A stretch of 63,819 bases of DNA, filler included. It is 5 parts of 5 records of this genome, joined end to end, with 100 filler letters (N's around TTAATTAATTAA, not from the genome) between each part and the next. Parts side by side here need not be neighbours in the genome. Positions count along the whole stretch, not along the records: positions 1 to 20,393 come from DRR723986_23022; positions 20,494 to 27,858 come from DRR723986_23067; positions 27,959 to 52,671 come from DRR723986_23089; 2 more parts are not named here. The stretch is one strand, 5' to 3'. Position 1 is the first letter of the stretch. Each line of letters opens with the position of its first letter. The notes beneath the pieces are model-generated. The model was not told where the DNA came from, did no database searches, and saw only the letters and a list, made by a program, of their open reading frames with translations. A program made the translations under genes and the position numbers. Shown one piece after another: positions 18,598-28,168 of the stretch.

Positions 18598-19872
18598 TCA
18601 GTTATCCATAAGCGCTTTGATTCCCGCGCCATCCAATCTGCCATCCGCAAGCCTGTTCAGGAGGAGCGCCGACAAGGTCGCCCGCTCTGAAAAACTGCTC
18701 GTAAGCACATATTCTTCATTGGAGTGAATACGTCCGCCCATGACACCCAATGTGTCCACGTTCGGCACCCCCGCGGCGAAGATATTGTTGCCTTCGCATA
18801 CGCCGCCGGTGTCTTCGAATACGAGGTCCAGACCGATCGCCAGCCCGGTCGCCCGAACGGCGTCGAAAAGGGCCTGCTGCGCGGCATTGCGAGGCTTGGG
18901 CGGCCGGTAGAATCCGCCATGCAAATGACCGTGAATTCCATCCCGCGCTGTTGCCCTAGCGAACAGGTGTTGAACTGCCTCCGTCGCCCAAGCCGCTGCA
19001 TCTGCATCAGGAGCACGTGCGCCAAAACGCACAATCGCAAGATCGGGTACGATGTTTACCGGACCTCCTCCATCAATGGAGCCGACATTCAGGGTTACGC
19101 CATCTCGCTGACCGTTCAGCATCTCGAGCCCGACGACAAGTTCAGCGGCTGCTTCGATTGCACTGCGACCTTCTTCCTTCGCCCGGCCGGCATGGGCGGC
19201 ACGGCCATGCAGGACAATGTCAAACACGGCAGACCCTTTTCGGCCGCCAGACATGGCACCTGTGTCCATGCACGGTTCGTAGGTCATCCCGATATGCGCC
19301 CCCGAACGAGCGGCTTCGGTCAACGCGCGGGCACTGGCAAAATTTCCGATCTCTTCGTCCGGTGTGATGACGATCTGGTATCCGAGCCGGTCTTTCAGCG
19401 GACCGGCCTCGAACGCGAGTAGCGCTTCCCGCATGACGCAGAGACCGCCCTTCATGTCCGCCAATCCAGGGCCATTCAGACGTCCGTCACCAAGATCACG
19501 GATCGTCTCAAACGTTCCCGGCGGGAAGACAGTGTCATAGTGCCCTGACATGATCACCTGCACCGGCGCATCTGGCCGGGCGGAGACACGTATGATCGAA
19601 GAGGTTTCTGTCGTCTCGGTTTCGCCCGCATCATTCACCGACTCGAACAGGTCACCTGCTTCAAGGCGAACCTCTGCATCAAGTTCTGCAAAGGCATCCG
19701 CCAACATTGGCGCCAGTTTCCGCAAGCCGTCGATGTTCCAGCTGCCTGTATTGATGGATGCCCAGCCTTGTGTCTGGGAAATCATGTCGGAAGCGCGCGA
19801 TTTGAGGCGTTCTCGCGCCGCTTCATCATCGTGGCTCAAAGTGCTTAGATCGATCATGGCTCTTGGTTTCAC
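18598..19872 (-). CDS. M20 family metallo-hydrolase heading the ast operon (start may be 19857)
   Basis: GHYDTV, GPGLADMKGG, PDEEIG, GRAAHAG, IHSNEE motifs. Confidence 0.88.
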   Translation of the reverse strand: MKPRAMIDLSTLSHDDEAARERLKSRASDMISQTQGWASINTGSWNIDGLRKLAPMLADAFAELDAEVRLEAGDLFESVNDAGETETTETSSIIRVSARPDAPVQVIMSGHYDTVFPPGTFETIRDLGDGRLNGPGLADMKGGLCVMREALLAFEAGPLKDRLGYQIVITPDEEIGNFASARALTEAARSGAHIGMTYEPCMDTGAMSGGRKGSAVFDIVLHGRAAHAGRAKEEGRSAIEAAAELVVGLEMLNGQRDGVTLNVGSIDGGGPVNIVPDLAIVRFGARAPDADAAAWATEAVQHLFARATARDGIHGHLHGGFYRPPKPRNAAQQALFDAVRATGLAIGLDLVFEDTGGVCEGNNIFAAGVPNVDTLGVMGGRIHSNEEYVLTSSFSERATLSALLLNRLADGRLDGAGIKALMDN

Positions 19873-19907
19873 AGGAAACGATTTCCGGCAAGACCCGTGC
19901 TGGAGGC

Positions 19908-19943
19908 CAAAACAAAAATGGCCCGGCGTATTGCCGGGCCATT
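19908..19943 (-). terminator. Rho-independent terminator after the ompA-like gene
   Basis: AATGGCCCGGC/GCCGGGCCATT perfect stem followed by TTTGTTTT on the minus strand. Confidence 0.8.
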
Positions 19944-19966
19944 CTTAATATCTTGCGTAAAGCGTC

Positions 19967-20393
19967 TTACTGAACGGTGATCACAACTTCCGAGCGGCGG
20001 TTCAGCGGCTCGCGAACACCGTCGCGAGTTGCTTTCGCCAGTTCGGTTTCGCCTTTGGCTTCTTCAGTGATGAGCGACGCATCGATGCCACGGGCGACCA
20101 GTGCCTGACCAACAACATCAGCGCGGCGCTGAGACAGACGCTGGTTGTACGCGCTGGCACCCGACGTATCGGTGTGGCCAGCGATGCTCACCGAGCTGGT
20201 TGCGCAGCTGGCTTCGGACTGGATGTTCGCAACAGCCTGATCGATCACGGCAGAAGCCTGGCTCGTCAGATCAGCGCGATCCCACTCGAAGTACACCACG
20301 AAGCTCTGGCCGAGGTCTGAGCAGACCACTTCCGGACCGGTCGAAGCCTCGGTCGGAGGCGGCGGCGGAGGCGGCGGAGGCGGAGGCGGCGGA
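19967..20393 (-). CDS. OmpA-family outer membrane protein, C-terminal peptidoglycan-binding domain with polyproline linker (5' truncated)
   Basis: VYFEWDRADL, AGHTDTSG, YNQRLSQRRA, NRRSEV; in-frame CCG/CCT Pro run up to the contig end. Confidence 0.9.
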
Positions 20394-20493
20394 NNNNNNN
20401 NNNNNNNNNNNNNNNNNNNNNNNNNNNNNNNNNNNNNTTAATTAATTAANNNNNNNNNNNNNNNNNNNNNNNNNNNNNNNNNNNNNNNNNNNN
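20394..20493. other. Artificial contig spacer
   Basis: 44 N + TTAATTAATTAA (stops in all six frames) + 44 N. Confidence 0.98.
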
Positions 20494-21225
20494 GTTGGCG
20501 ATGGGCATATAGGGGAAGGCCTGACCGATGACCGCAATCTTTACGCCGCCACGTTCGAAAAATTTGTAAGGTGGGAACAATTCCGCCGGTTCATCCCATT
20601 CGGCGTCAAAGATGTTTTGACCCAGCGCGGCAAACGGCAGGCCCTCAACAATCTCGTTCACCCGGTCTGAGCCCAGCGTAAATTCCCAGTGGAAGGTCAT
20701 CGCGTCGGGGTTGAGGGCGTTCATGACGTTGACCATGTCCTGCCCTTGGGTGTGATAGCAGGTATAGCTGCCATGCCATGTGTCGCCGCCATCCAGCAGC
20801 AATGCATCGGGGCGATCCGCGCGGATCGAATTGATCACGGTCGCGACCCGGTCCAGACCACCCACGCGGCCATAGCCTTTGGCCAGCGACGCAAAATCAT
20901 TGTAGGTCAGGGCATAGGCAGAGGGGCTGCCGTCCTCGATGCCATATGCGCGACGGAAGTCCGCGCCGGTGATATGTGGCAATGCGCCCTTGTTGTCGCC
21001 CACACCGATATTCACCTCAGGCTCGCGGAAATATAGCGGTTTGAGCTGGGCATGGATGTCCGTGACATGGATCAACGAGACGTTGCCAAAGCTGTCAAAC
21101 TCCAAAAGCTTATCCTGTGTCAGGGCTTGTTGCGCGGCAAGTTGCGCCCAATTGCCAAAACCAGACCCGCCATAAAGGGCCGCAGCGGCCATGGAGGTTT
21201 GCAGGAAATCACGGCGAGAAATCAT
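20494..21225 (-). CDS. soxB: Thiosulfohydrolase SoxB, 5' part (truncated)
   Basis: Tat signal SRRDFL; IHVTDIHAQL, LDGGDTWHGS, HWEFTLG; follows soxA. Confidence 0.95.
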
Positions 21226-21282
21226 AGAGTGGCTCCGGTCACGCGCACGTATGCGCATTTGTGAATTTAATAGATACAAATA

Positions 21283-21308
21283 ACCCCGCGCAGCGTTCTG
21301 CGCGGGGT
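21283..21308 (-). terminator. GC hairpin between soxA and soxB
   Basis: ACCCCGCGCAG-N4-CTGCGCGGGGT, followed by TATTTGT on the minus strand. Confidence 0.6.
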
Positions 21309-21314
21309 CATGTC

Positions 21315-22166
21315 TTAGTTTCGGATGGACGGTCCTTCGACGGACAGACCATTGCCGCGCGAAGCGACATAAAGCTCAAGCGCGATAAACTCGGGCGAGC
21401 CGGGCTTGTAGGTCTCGGCGCGGGTGTCGCGCACACACCCTTTGAAACGGGCATGCACCGCGTTCAGCTTGGTGTTTTTCAGGCGATAAACGGGGAAGCC
21501 GTTGATCTGGCCCTGGCTGAGGTGATCGGCGCGGATCATCTTGCCATAGCTGTCTTCGTGGCAATTGGCGCAAGACAGTTCCAGCTGACCTGTGCGGGTG
21601 TAGTAAAGCTCTTTGCCCTGCTCCCAGGTTGATTGCGCCGGGCCGTCAATGGCGACATTGATCGGCATACCGCGAGATACAGATGCCAGCAGCGCGGTCA
21701 TATTGACCATGTTGCTTTTGGTGTACTTCCACTTTTCCGCGCCCATGCGGTTTTCGCGGCAGTCGTTGATCTGCATCTCAAGGGTGCGCACCTCCCCTGC
21801 TGCTTCGTTCCACTTGGGGTACACCGCACGCACACCGGCCATCGTGTCAGGCTCGTTATGGCAGCTTGCGCAGGACTTGCCTTCGGAACCTTCCGCAGTG
21901 TTCCAGACCTCTTCGGCCTGTTCCACAAAGATCATGCCGGGGTTGTCGAAATCATCCGCTTGCATCGCACGGGTTTCTGTCCCGCGGAAATGCCAGCCCG
22001 AAATCACTTCGTCCACCGCATCCTCAAGGTGCGCAGGCGCCGCTGTGCGCGTCACCATAGTGATGTCTTCGTTCAGGATCAGCGTATCATCCACCGGATC
22101 GGCCATCGCCGCCCCGCCAAATGCCACCACCGATACCGCGCAGGCCAAATGTGCCAGTCGTTTCAT
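21315..22166 (-). CDS. soxA: Diheme c-type cytochrome SoxA
   Basis: CASCH and CANCH heme motifs, HLSQGQINGFPVYRL, RFKGC active-site Cys; start ATG 22166 after GGAGG. Confidence 0.96.
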   Translation of the reverse strand: MKRLAHLACAVSVVAFGGAAMADPVDDTLILNEDITMVTRTAAPAHLEDAVDEVISGWHFRGTETRAMQADDFDNPGMIFVEQAEEVWNTAEGSEGKSCASCHNEPDTMAGVRAVYPKWNEAAGEVRTLEMQINDCRENRMGAEKWKYTKSNMVNMTALLASVSRGMPINVAIDGPAQSTWEQGKELYYTRTGQLELSCANCHEDSYGKMIRADHLSQGQINGFPVYRLKNTKLNAVHARFKGCVRDTRAETYKPGSPEFIALELYVASRGNGLSVEGPSIRN

Positions 22167-22193
22167 ATGTGTTCCTCCCAGTGACACAGCCCC

Positions 22194-22523
22194 TCAGCCG
22201 ATCGCAATTTTTTTGCTTGTTTCGTAGATCGACCCATCATCGTCATACCAGGTGAACTTGAATTCACCGGCTTCGGGCACGGTGGCCTGAAATTCCAGAT
22301 AGGGGTTGGTCGAGATTGCCGGCTCAAGGGTCACGTCAATGACGTTTTCACCGTTAAAGTCACAGGTGAACCGGTTGATGATGGACCGTGGAATAGGGTT
22401 GCCATCGTCGTCTTTACGCTGGCCGGATTCCATTTTGTGGCTGATCAAAGTCTTGATTGTGATCGCCTCACCGGCGGCCGCCTTTTTGGGGACTTTGACG
22501 CGGGGTTTTACACCAGATGCCAT
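22194..22523 (-). CDS. soxZ: Sulfur carrier partner SoxZ
   Basis: LISHKMESGQRKD, AISTNPY. Confidence 0.96.
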   Translation of the reverse strand: MASGVKPRVKVPKKAAAGEAITIKTLISHKMESGQRKDDDGNPIPRSIINRFTCDFNGENVIDVTLEPAISTNPYLEFQATVPEAGEFKFTWYDDDGSIYETSKKIAIG

Positions 22524-22543
22524 GTTGAATTCTCCTTAATGCC

Positions 22544-22960
22544 TTAGCCGCCGCAGCCGCCGATTGTTACTTTGACTGTGCTGGATGCCTTGGCGAATGT
22601 GCCGTCTGCCATTTTGGCGATGGCAACAACGTCCTGCGTGCCCGCCAGGCGGATCCGTGTGGAGGCCTGATGCGATGCGGCCAGCTTGCCGAATTTGAAT
22701 GTGGCGACAGGTGGCGTCGGGTTGCCCAGCGCCAGCACCATAATCTCGACCGCGCCGGGGGCATCGACCTCGATTGGCACGGTGTTGCCGTTCTCGGCAA
22801 TCTCGGGCGCGGTCAGTGTCACGCCGGTGTCGGCCATTGCTGCGCCGCCGGTGAAGGCTTCGATCTCGGCTTCGCCAGCGGCATAGCCCTTGACCGGAAG
22901 ACCCGCGAGAACAAGTGCCCCCGCCCCAAGCGCCAGCGCATTGCGTCGTGTGAATTCCAT
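22544..22960 (-). CDS. soxY: Sulfur carrier SoxY
   Basis: Tat signal, PEIAENG, C-terminal VKVTIGGCGG swinging arm. Confidence 0.98.
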   Translation of the reverse strand: MEFTRRNALALGAGALVLAGLPVKGYAAGEAEIEAFTGGAAMADTGVTLTAPEIAENGNTVPIEVDAPGAVEIMVLALGNPTPPVATFKFGKLAASHQASTRIRLAGTQDVVAIAKMADGTFAKASSTVKVTIGGCGG

Positions 22961-22996
22961 GAGTGATCTCCTAGTCTGGTCCGCAGACCCTGCGGA

Positions 22997-23470
22997 TTAT
23001 TCTTTGAGTGTCTTGAGGTAGGCGACAACATCTTCGATCTGTTGCGCAGTCAGGACCGGACCAAAGGTCTCGTCCGCTGCTTTGCCTGTGTATGCTTTGC
23101 CCGGGCGGATAAAGCCCTCGGTCTTGTAGAAGGCCGGCATCATCGTGTCTTCGAACATAAGCTTGGCATTCGCCACGATCCCGCGCAGCTCTGCTTCGTT
23201 CCAGCGATCACCAGCGCCATCCAGCGCAGGGCCGATCTCGCCGTGGAACGGCACATCGCTCAGATCGGTGACCTGATGACAGGCCACGCAGTTGCCCTTT
23301 TTCTTGTTGCCAACGATGTCGCGGCCTTCAACCGGATCACCGGCTTTGCCCGACAATGACATCGCAACGGTGCCCTCGTCGTATTTCACCGCTGTAGGCG
23401 CCACGACTTCGGCCAGTGCCGCGCTTGTCAGCATGCCCGCAATCACGGCTGCAGTTCCTAAAATCTTCAT
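22997..23470 (-). CDS. soxX: Monoheme cytochrome SoxX
   Basis: GNCVACH, GEIGPAL, TMMPAFY, LTAQQIEDVVAYL. Confidence 0.95.
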   Translation of the reverse strand: MKILGTAAVIAGMLTSAALAEVVAPTAVKYDEGTVAMSLSGKAGDPVEGRDIVGNKKKGNCVACHQVTDLSDVPFHGEIGPALDGAGDRWNEAELRGIVANAKLMFEDTMMPAFYKTEGFIRPGKAYTGKAADETFGPVLTAQQIEDVVAYLKTLKE

Positions 23471-23537
23471 GCGTCCTCCCTTGCCTTCACGGCGTTTTGT
23501 ATACCGTAGCGCACGATTTCCCGATCACGCAACAACA

Positions 23538-23555
23538 AATTCAGTTTAATGAATT
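23538..23555. promoter_or_regulatory. Putative SoxR operator (AATTCA-N6-TGAATT, i.e. ATTC-N8-GAAT) upstream of soxX
   Basis: Perfect inverted repeat in an AT-rich patch of the soxW-soxX intergenic region; matches the SqrR-type ATTC-N8-GAAT consensus. Confidence 0.65.
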
Positions 23556-23594
23556 ATTTTATCTGAGCGACCAATCTCCTGTGCTCCCATCCAA

Positions 23595-24158
23595 TCAACC
23601 AGCGCGTTCGGCGATCTTACGGGCATGATATTTCTGGAAACTTTCGTCTCCGGCATAGCCTTTCTCAACAACCCAGTTGAACATGTCAAACGTGGTTTGG
23701 CGGCCGAAGGCACCGGGCATGGTCGCCACCGCCGCTTGGGATGCCGTCAGGCCATCCTCTACATTTTCGGGGAAGAACAGAATCGTCGGCGTGAACAAAA
23801 CGCCCCATTTACGCACCATCTGTTTCTCGGAAAGTGTCTCTCCGTCAAAGTCGGTGACCTCGACATCGCCAAACATGTTCACCTGCACGACAAAGTAGTT
23901 TTGCGCGATGTAATCAGCAATTTCGGGCTGCGGATAGATCTCTTCGTGCATCTTGGTGCAGTAGATACAGCCGCGTTGTTCAATCATCACCAGCAACCGC
24001 TTGCCCTCGGCGTTGGCCTCTTCCAGATCCTCGCTCAGGTCCTTGAATGTATCGCGCATCCAAGGGGCTTTGTGCAGCCCGTCATCGCCCAGCTCTGCCG
24101 CATACAGAGGCAGCGCCAAAGCCAGCAGGCTTGCCACCAATATTGCAATCCGTTTCAT
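23595..24158 (-). CDS. soxW: Periplasmic thioredoxin SoxW
   Basis: Signal peptide, EQRGCIYC, FTPT; sox context. Confidence 0.9.
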   Translation of the reverse strand: MKRIAILVASLLALALPLYAAELGDDGLHKAPWMRDTFKDLSEDLEEANAEGKRLLVMIEQRGCIYCTKMHEEIYPQPEIADYIAQNYFVVQVNMFGDVEVTDFDGETLSEKQMVRKWGVLFTPTILFFPENVEDGLTASQAAVATMPGAFGRQTTFDMFNWVVEKGYAGDESFQKYHARKIAERAG

Positions 24159-24171
24159 AGGTGTCTCTCCC

Positions 24172-24912
24172 TTATCTCAGCACACCGATGTCCGGCGCAA
24201 TCGACAGCATCCACTGTGCGATATAGTTGATCGAGTTTGTCGCGATCAGAATTCCAAACACAATCAACATCACGCCCATCAGCTTTTCAATGGTTCCCAA
24301 ATGGCGGCGGAATTTCTGCATCCAGCGCATGAAGGGTCCGATGAACAGCGCCGCAAGGATGAAAGGCAAGGTCATGCCAAACCCGTAAACAAAAAGCAGG
24401 GCCGCACCGGTTGATGCAGTATCTGCGCCCGCCGCGGTGAACAGGATCGCCGCCAGCACCGGCCCCACGCAGGGCGTCCAACCAAAGGCGAACGCCAGCC
24501 CGATCACATAGGCGCCCAGCAGGCTGACGTTGGAGGCATCCCCCCCATCGGCCCGCAATTGCCGGTACAGGATGCCAATGCGGATTACTCCGAGAAAATG
24601 CAGGCCCATCGCGATGATAATCGCCGCTGCGATCCAGCGCAGGATGTCAAAATATTCGCGCACCGCCTGACCAAAGGTCGTGGCTACGGCCCCAAGCCCC
24701 ATAAAGATGGTGATGACACCGGCGGCAAAGAAACAGGCGGCCAACACCGCGCGGATGCGGACGCTACGGTCAATCTGCGCGTCCGCCTGGATCTGGTTCA
24801 TGCCGACACCGGCCAGATAGCTCAGGTAGAAGGGCACAATCGGCAGGATGCAGGGCGACAGGAATGATAACAGCCCGGCAATCCAGGCCCCTGCAAAGGT
24901 AATATCCATCAT
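24172..24912 (-). CDS. soxV: CcdA-like disulfide transporter SoxV
   Basis: SPCILP and WTPCVGP motifs; about six TM helices. Confidence 0.92.
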   Translation of the reverse strand: MMDITFAGAWIAGLLSFLSPCILPIVPFYLSYLAGVGMNQIQADAQIDRSVRIRAVLAACFFAAGVITIFMGLGAVATTFGQAVREYFDILRWIAAAIIIAMGLHFLGVIRIGILYRQLRADGGDASNVSLLGAYVIGLAFAFGWTPCVGPVLAAILFTAAGADTASTGAALLFVYGFGMTLPFILAALFIGPFMRWMQKFRRHLGTIEKLMGVMLIVFGILIATNSINYIAQWMLSIAPDIGVLR

Positions 24913-24928
24913 GACCCAGACCCGCCCT

Positions 24929-24964
24929 TGAGTAATTCACATATTCATATTATGTATTATTACT
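24929..24964. promoter_or_regulatory. AT-rich divergent soxV/soxS promoter region, likely SoxR-bound
   Basis: TAATTCACATATTCATATTATGTATTA with tandem ATTCA half-sites and an ACATA/TATGT dyad. Confidence 0.5.
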
Positions 24965-24982
24965 ACCAAAGGTCAATTTACC

Positions 24983-25351
24983 ATGTTCCTGCGCCGCGTC
25001 TTACTGTCTGCTGTTTTGTTGCTCGCCTCTGCCCTCTCGGCAGCGGCTGAGCTGTCATTGGTGATGGTCGAAGAAGACGGATGTGTCTGGTGCGCCCGCT
25101 GGAATGACGAGATTGCCCATATCTATCCCAAGACCCCCGAAGGCCAGTCCGCCCCCCTGCGCCGGATCGACATTCACGCAGCCTTGCCGGAGGATTTGAC
25201 CTTTGCCAGACGGCTCAGCTTTACCCCGACATTTGTGCTGATGCAGGATAATCTGGAAATTTCACGCATCGAGGGCTATCCTGGAGAAGACTTCTTTTGG
25301 GGGCTCCTGGAAAAGATGCTGGAAAAAGCCGACAGCCCGCCATTGAATTGA
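24983..25351 (+). CDS. soxS: Periplasmic thioredoxin SoxS
   Basis: Signal peptide, GCVWCARW, FTPTFVL, RIEGYPGEDFFW. Confidence 0.92.
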   Translation: MFLRRVLLSAVLLLASALSAAAELSLVMVEEDGCVWCARWNDEIAHIYPKTPEGQSAPLRRIDIHAALPEDLTFARRLSFTPTFVLMQDNLEISRIEGYPGEDFFWGLLEKMLEKADSPPLN

Positions 25352-25359
25352 GGATGACG

Positions 25360-25752
25360 ATGGACACGAGCGTTTCACACCAAGACGGCCTTTCACCGTC
25401 GGAACCGGCAAGCACATCCAGCCTGCCCGTGTTCGACAAGGACATCTGCGCCGAAGACATGGACAAGATGGCCGCCAACGCGATGCGGGCGTCCAATTTT
25501 CTCAAGGCGATCAGCCATGAGGGGCGTCTGATGATCCTGTGCCATCTGGCCTCTGGCGAAAAATCCGTGACAGAATTGGAGGAATTGCTGTCTGCGCGGC
25601 AGGCGGCGGTGTCCCAGCAATTGTCACGCCTCCGGCTAGAGGGGCTTGTGACCCCGCGCCGCGATGGCAAAACCATCTATTACAGTCTGACCGATGACCG
25701 CCCGAAACAGATTATGGAAGTTGTCTATGATCTGTTCTGCCGACAAAAGTAA
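25360..25752 (+). CDS. soxR: ArsR-family sulfane-sulfur-sensing repressor SoxR (BigR/SqrR type); start 25354 or 25360
   Basis: LKAISHEGRLMILCHL, VSQQLSRLR, C-terminal YDLFC (paired Cys). Confidence 0.9.
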   Translation: MDTSVSHQDGLSPSEPASTSSLPVFDKDICAEDMDKMAANAMRASNFLKAISHEGRLMILCHLASGEKSVTELEELLSARQAAVSQQLSRLRLEGLVTPRRDGKTIYYSLTDDRPKQIMEVVYDLFCRQK

Positions 25753-25799
25753 TCGGTGACGCGGCACAGCAAGACCCACTGCAACCAGAGGGCCAAGCC

Positions 25800-26855
25800 A
25801 TGTTTGATGTCTTTTCCGAACCTGCACTGGTTGCGCTGATCGGCCTTGTAGGCGGCGTGTTTCTGGGTCTGGCAGCCCGCATCGGGCGGTTCTGTACGCT
25901 TGGTGCAATCGAAGATCTTTATTACGGCGAAAGCGCCTTGCGTCTGCGGATGTGGGGCATTGCCATTGGCGTTGCGGTGATCGGCACCTTTGGGTTGTCG
26001 GCGGCAGGCCTGCTGGACCTCGGCAATACCCTTTACATGACCCGCGATTGGAACCTGCTGGGATCGGTGTTTGGCGGGTTGGTTTTTGGTTATGGCATGG
26101 CCTTGGCGGGCAACTGCGGTTACGGCGCATTGGCGCGGCTGGGCGGCGGTGATCTGCGGTCCTTCTTGATTGTTCTGGTGATGGGGCTTTCGGCCTATGT
26201 CACCTTGGGCGGGCCTTTGTCGGGCCTGCGCATCTGGGCCTTTGGCACCTATGTACACCCCGCTGCAACCTCCAGCTATGCGCAGGCTCTCGCGGCGCTT
26301 TCGGGCCTTTCCGTGAACATCGCCGGCATGACCATTGGCGTTTTCATTCTGGCGCTGACTTTGGCGAACCGCGAGATGAGGCAATCTTTCAGCCATGTGT
26401 TCTGGGGCGCAGTTGTGGGCCTTTCCATCGTCTCGGGCTGGGCGGGCACACACTGGGTTGCGGCACATGGGTTTGATGCAACGGCGGTGGTCAGTCACAC
26501 GTTTTCCGCACCCATCGGGGAAACCATGCTGTATGCGATGACGTCCTCTGGCAACACCATCAGTTTTGGCACCGGATCGGTGATCGGCGTCCTGCTCGGA
26601 GCGTTTCTGGGCAGTCTGTTCAAGGGGCATTTCCGCTGGGAGGCCTGCGATGACCCGCGTGAGCTGGGCAGGCAGCTTTTTGGAGCGGCCTTGATGGGGA
26701 TGGGCGCAGTTGTCGCAGTTGGATGCAGCGTAGGCCAAGGTATCTCCGCCTTTTCAGTGCTGGCCTATAGTGCGCCGATCACTCTGCTGTGCATTCTGGC
26801 CGGTGCAGCGATTGGGCTGCGGCAATTGATCTTGGGGTTTGCGCCGCCAGTTTAG
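25800..26855 (+). CDS. soxT: YeeE/YedE sulfur transporter SoxT
   Basis: RFC, GNCGYG and GCSVGQG conserved Cys motifs; multi-TM; follows soxR. Confidence 0.88.
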   Translation: MFDVFSEPALVALIGLVGGVFLGLAARIGRFCTLGAIEDLYYGESALRLRMWGIAIGVAVIGTFGLSAAGLLDLGNTLYMTRDWNLLGSVFGGLVFGYGMALAGNCGYGALARLGGGDLRSFLIVLVMGLSAYVTLGGPLSGLRIWAFGTYVHPAATSSYAQALAALSGLSVNIAGMTIGVFILALTLANREMRQSFSHVFWGAVVGLSIVSGWAGTHWVAAHGFDATAVVSHTFSAPIGETMLYAMTSSGNTISFGTGSVIGVLLGAFLGSLFKGHFRWEACDDPRELGRQLFGAALMGMGAVVAVGCSVGQGISAFSVLAYSAPITLLCILAGAAIGLRQLILGFAPPV

Positions 26856-26894
26856 GGACAAGACCGATTGCTTTAAAGAAATCGCGGCGCCCTA

Positions 26895-27858
26895 TCAGTT
26901 GCCTTTGTCATCCCCTTTCACGTGATCCTGCCGGACCGTGCCGCGATATTTCACCGTTAATTCATCGGGCACCTCGCTGCCGTCATACATAAACGGCAAG
27001 ATCCCCCGGCGCCCGGATTTGCCGCGCATGGTCTCGATGTCATCTTCGGACCGCGTCACCCGCTGTGACATCCGCCGCCCCCATTGCGCCAACATATCGT
27101 AAAGACGGTCCATTTCGGGGTGATGCTTGCCGCCCTTGGCCAGGTCATGAAATTCGTCCGGGTCGGTTTGCAGGTCAAACAGCATCGGGCGGAATCCGCC
27201 CTCGGCGTGCATCAATTTGTATCGGCCATCAAACACCATGAACAATCGTGCATCGCGCGGGCGCAGCCCCAGCTTGACCGCCTGCGGGGTGGCCGAATAG
27301 TCATATTCGCTGATCGCGTATTCCCGCCAGTCCGGCACCTCGCCGTGCAACCACGGGATCAGGGACCGGCCCTCAATGATGTGATCGGGCACCTTGCCAC
27401 CTGCCGCTTCGACAAAGGTTGCGGCGAGATCGACGCTTTCCACCAAAGCGTCACAGGTTGTGCCCCGCGCCGCATCCGCCGCGCTGCGCGGATCGTAGAT
27501 GATCATCGGCACCTTTACTGACTGCTCGTGAAACAGATCTTTCTCACCCAGCCAGTGATCGCCCAGGTAATCCCCATGGTCCGAGGTCAACACAATCATC
27601 GTGTCTTTCAAACGGTCCGTGTTTTCCAGATGATCGAGCAGGCGCCCCAACTGATCATCACATTGCTTGATCAGCCCCATATAGGCCGGGATCACCTTTT
27701 GCCGCACCTCTTCGCGCTGAAACGCCCTGGCGACCTTGTTTTCCATATAGGCCCCGAACACCGGATGCGGATCTTCGCGTTCGACATCGGCGCGGCGTGG
27801 TTGGGGCACGTGGTTTGCACCGTACATATCGTGATAAGGCGCGGGCACGATATAGGGC
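26895..27858 (-). CDS. Sulfatase/phosphonate monoester hydrolase superfamily protein, 3' part
   Basis: TSDHGDYLGDH, EKD, VPMIIYDP, LFDLQTDPDE. Confidence 0.85.
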
Positions 27859-27958
27859 NNNNNNNNNNNNNNNNNNNNNNNNNNNNNNNNNNNNNNNNNN
27901 NNTTAATTAATTAANNNNNNNNNNNNNNNNNNNNNNNNNNNNNNNNNNNNNNNNNNNN
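27859..27958. other. Artificial contig spacer
   Basis: 44 N + TTAATTAATTAA + 44 N. Confidence 0.98.
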
Positions 27959-28093
27959 CTACGTGCCGCAGGCAATTACATACCATCGACTTGATATGAA
28001 ATCGTTTTAATGTTTTATATCTGATGTTAAACGAAGTTAGGTGAAAATTTTTGCAAAGCCAAGTAGGAATAAGGGTGCCTAAATCATAGTTAC

Positions 28094-28124
28094 AAAAAAT
28101 CCGCAACTAATATTGCGGATTTTT
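28094..28124. terminator. Bidirectional Rho-independent terminator
   Basis: AAAAAATCCGCAA-N6-TTGCGGATTTTT. Confidence 0.8.
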
Positions 28125-28168
28125 ATTTTATTGTAATAAGGTATTATACTAGCTATCTATACGATATA

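Noticed and set aside
20353..20393. GGC/GGA tandem repeat
   Set aside because: It encodes the polyproline linker of the OmpA-like protein and probably caused the assembly break.
20438..20449. TTAATTAATTAA palindrome recurring four times (possible binding site or repeat)
   Set aside because: It is centred in fixed-length N runs and is a six-frame-stop assembly linker.
27959..28093. Possible RNA gene or leader at the start of contig 3
   Set aside because: No tRNA, rRNA, tmRNA or RNase P signature was recognised, and the segment is too short and truncated to call.
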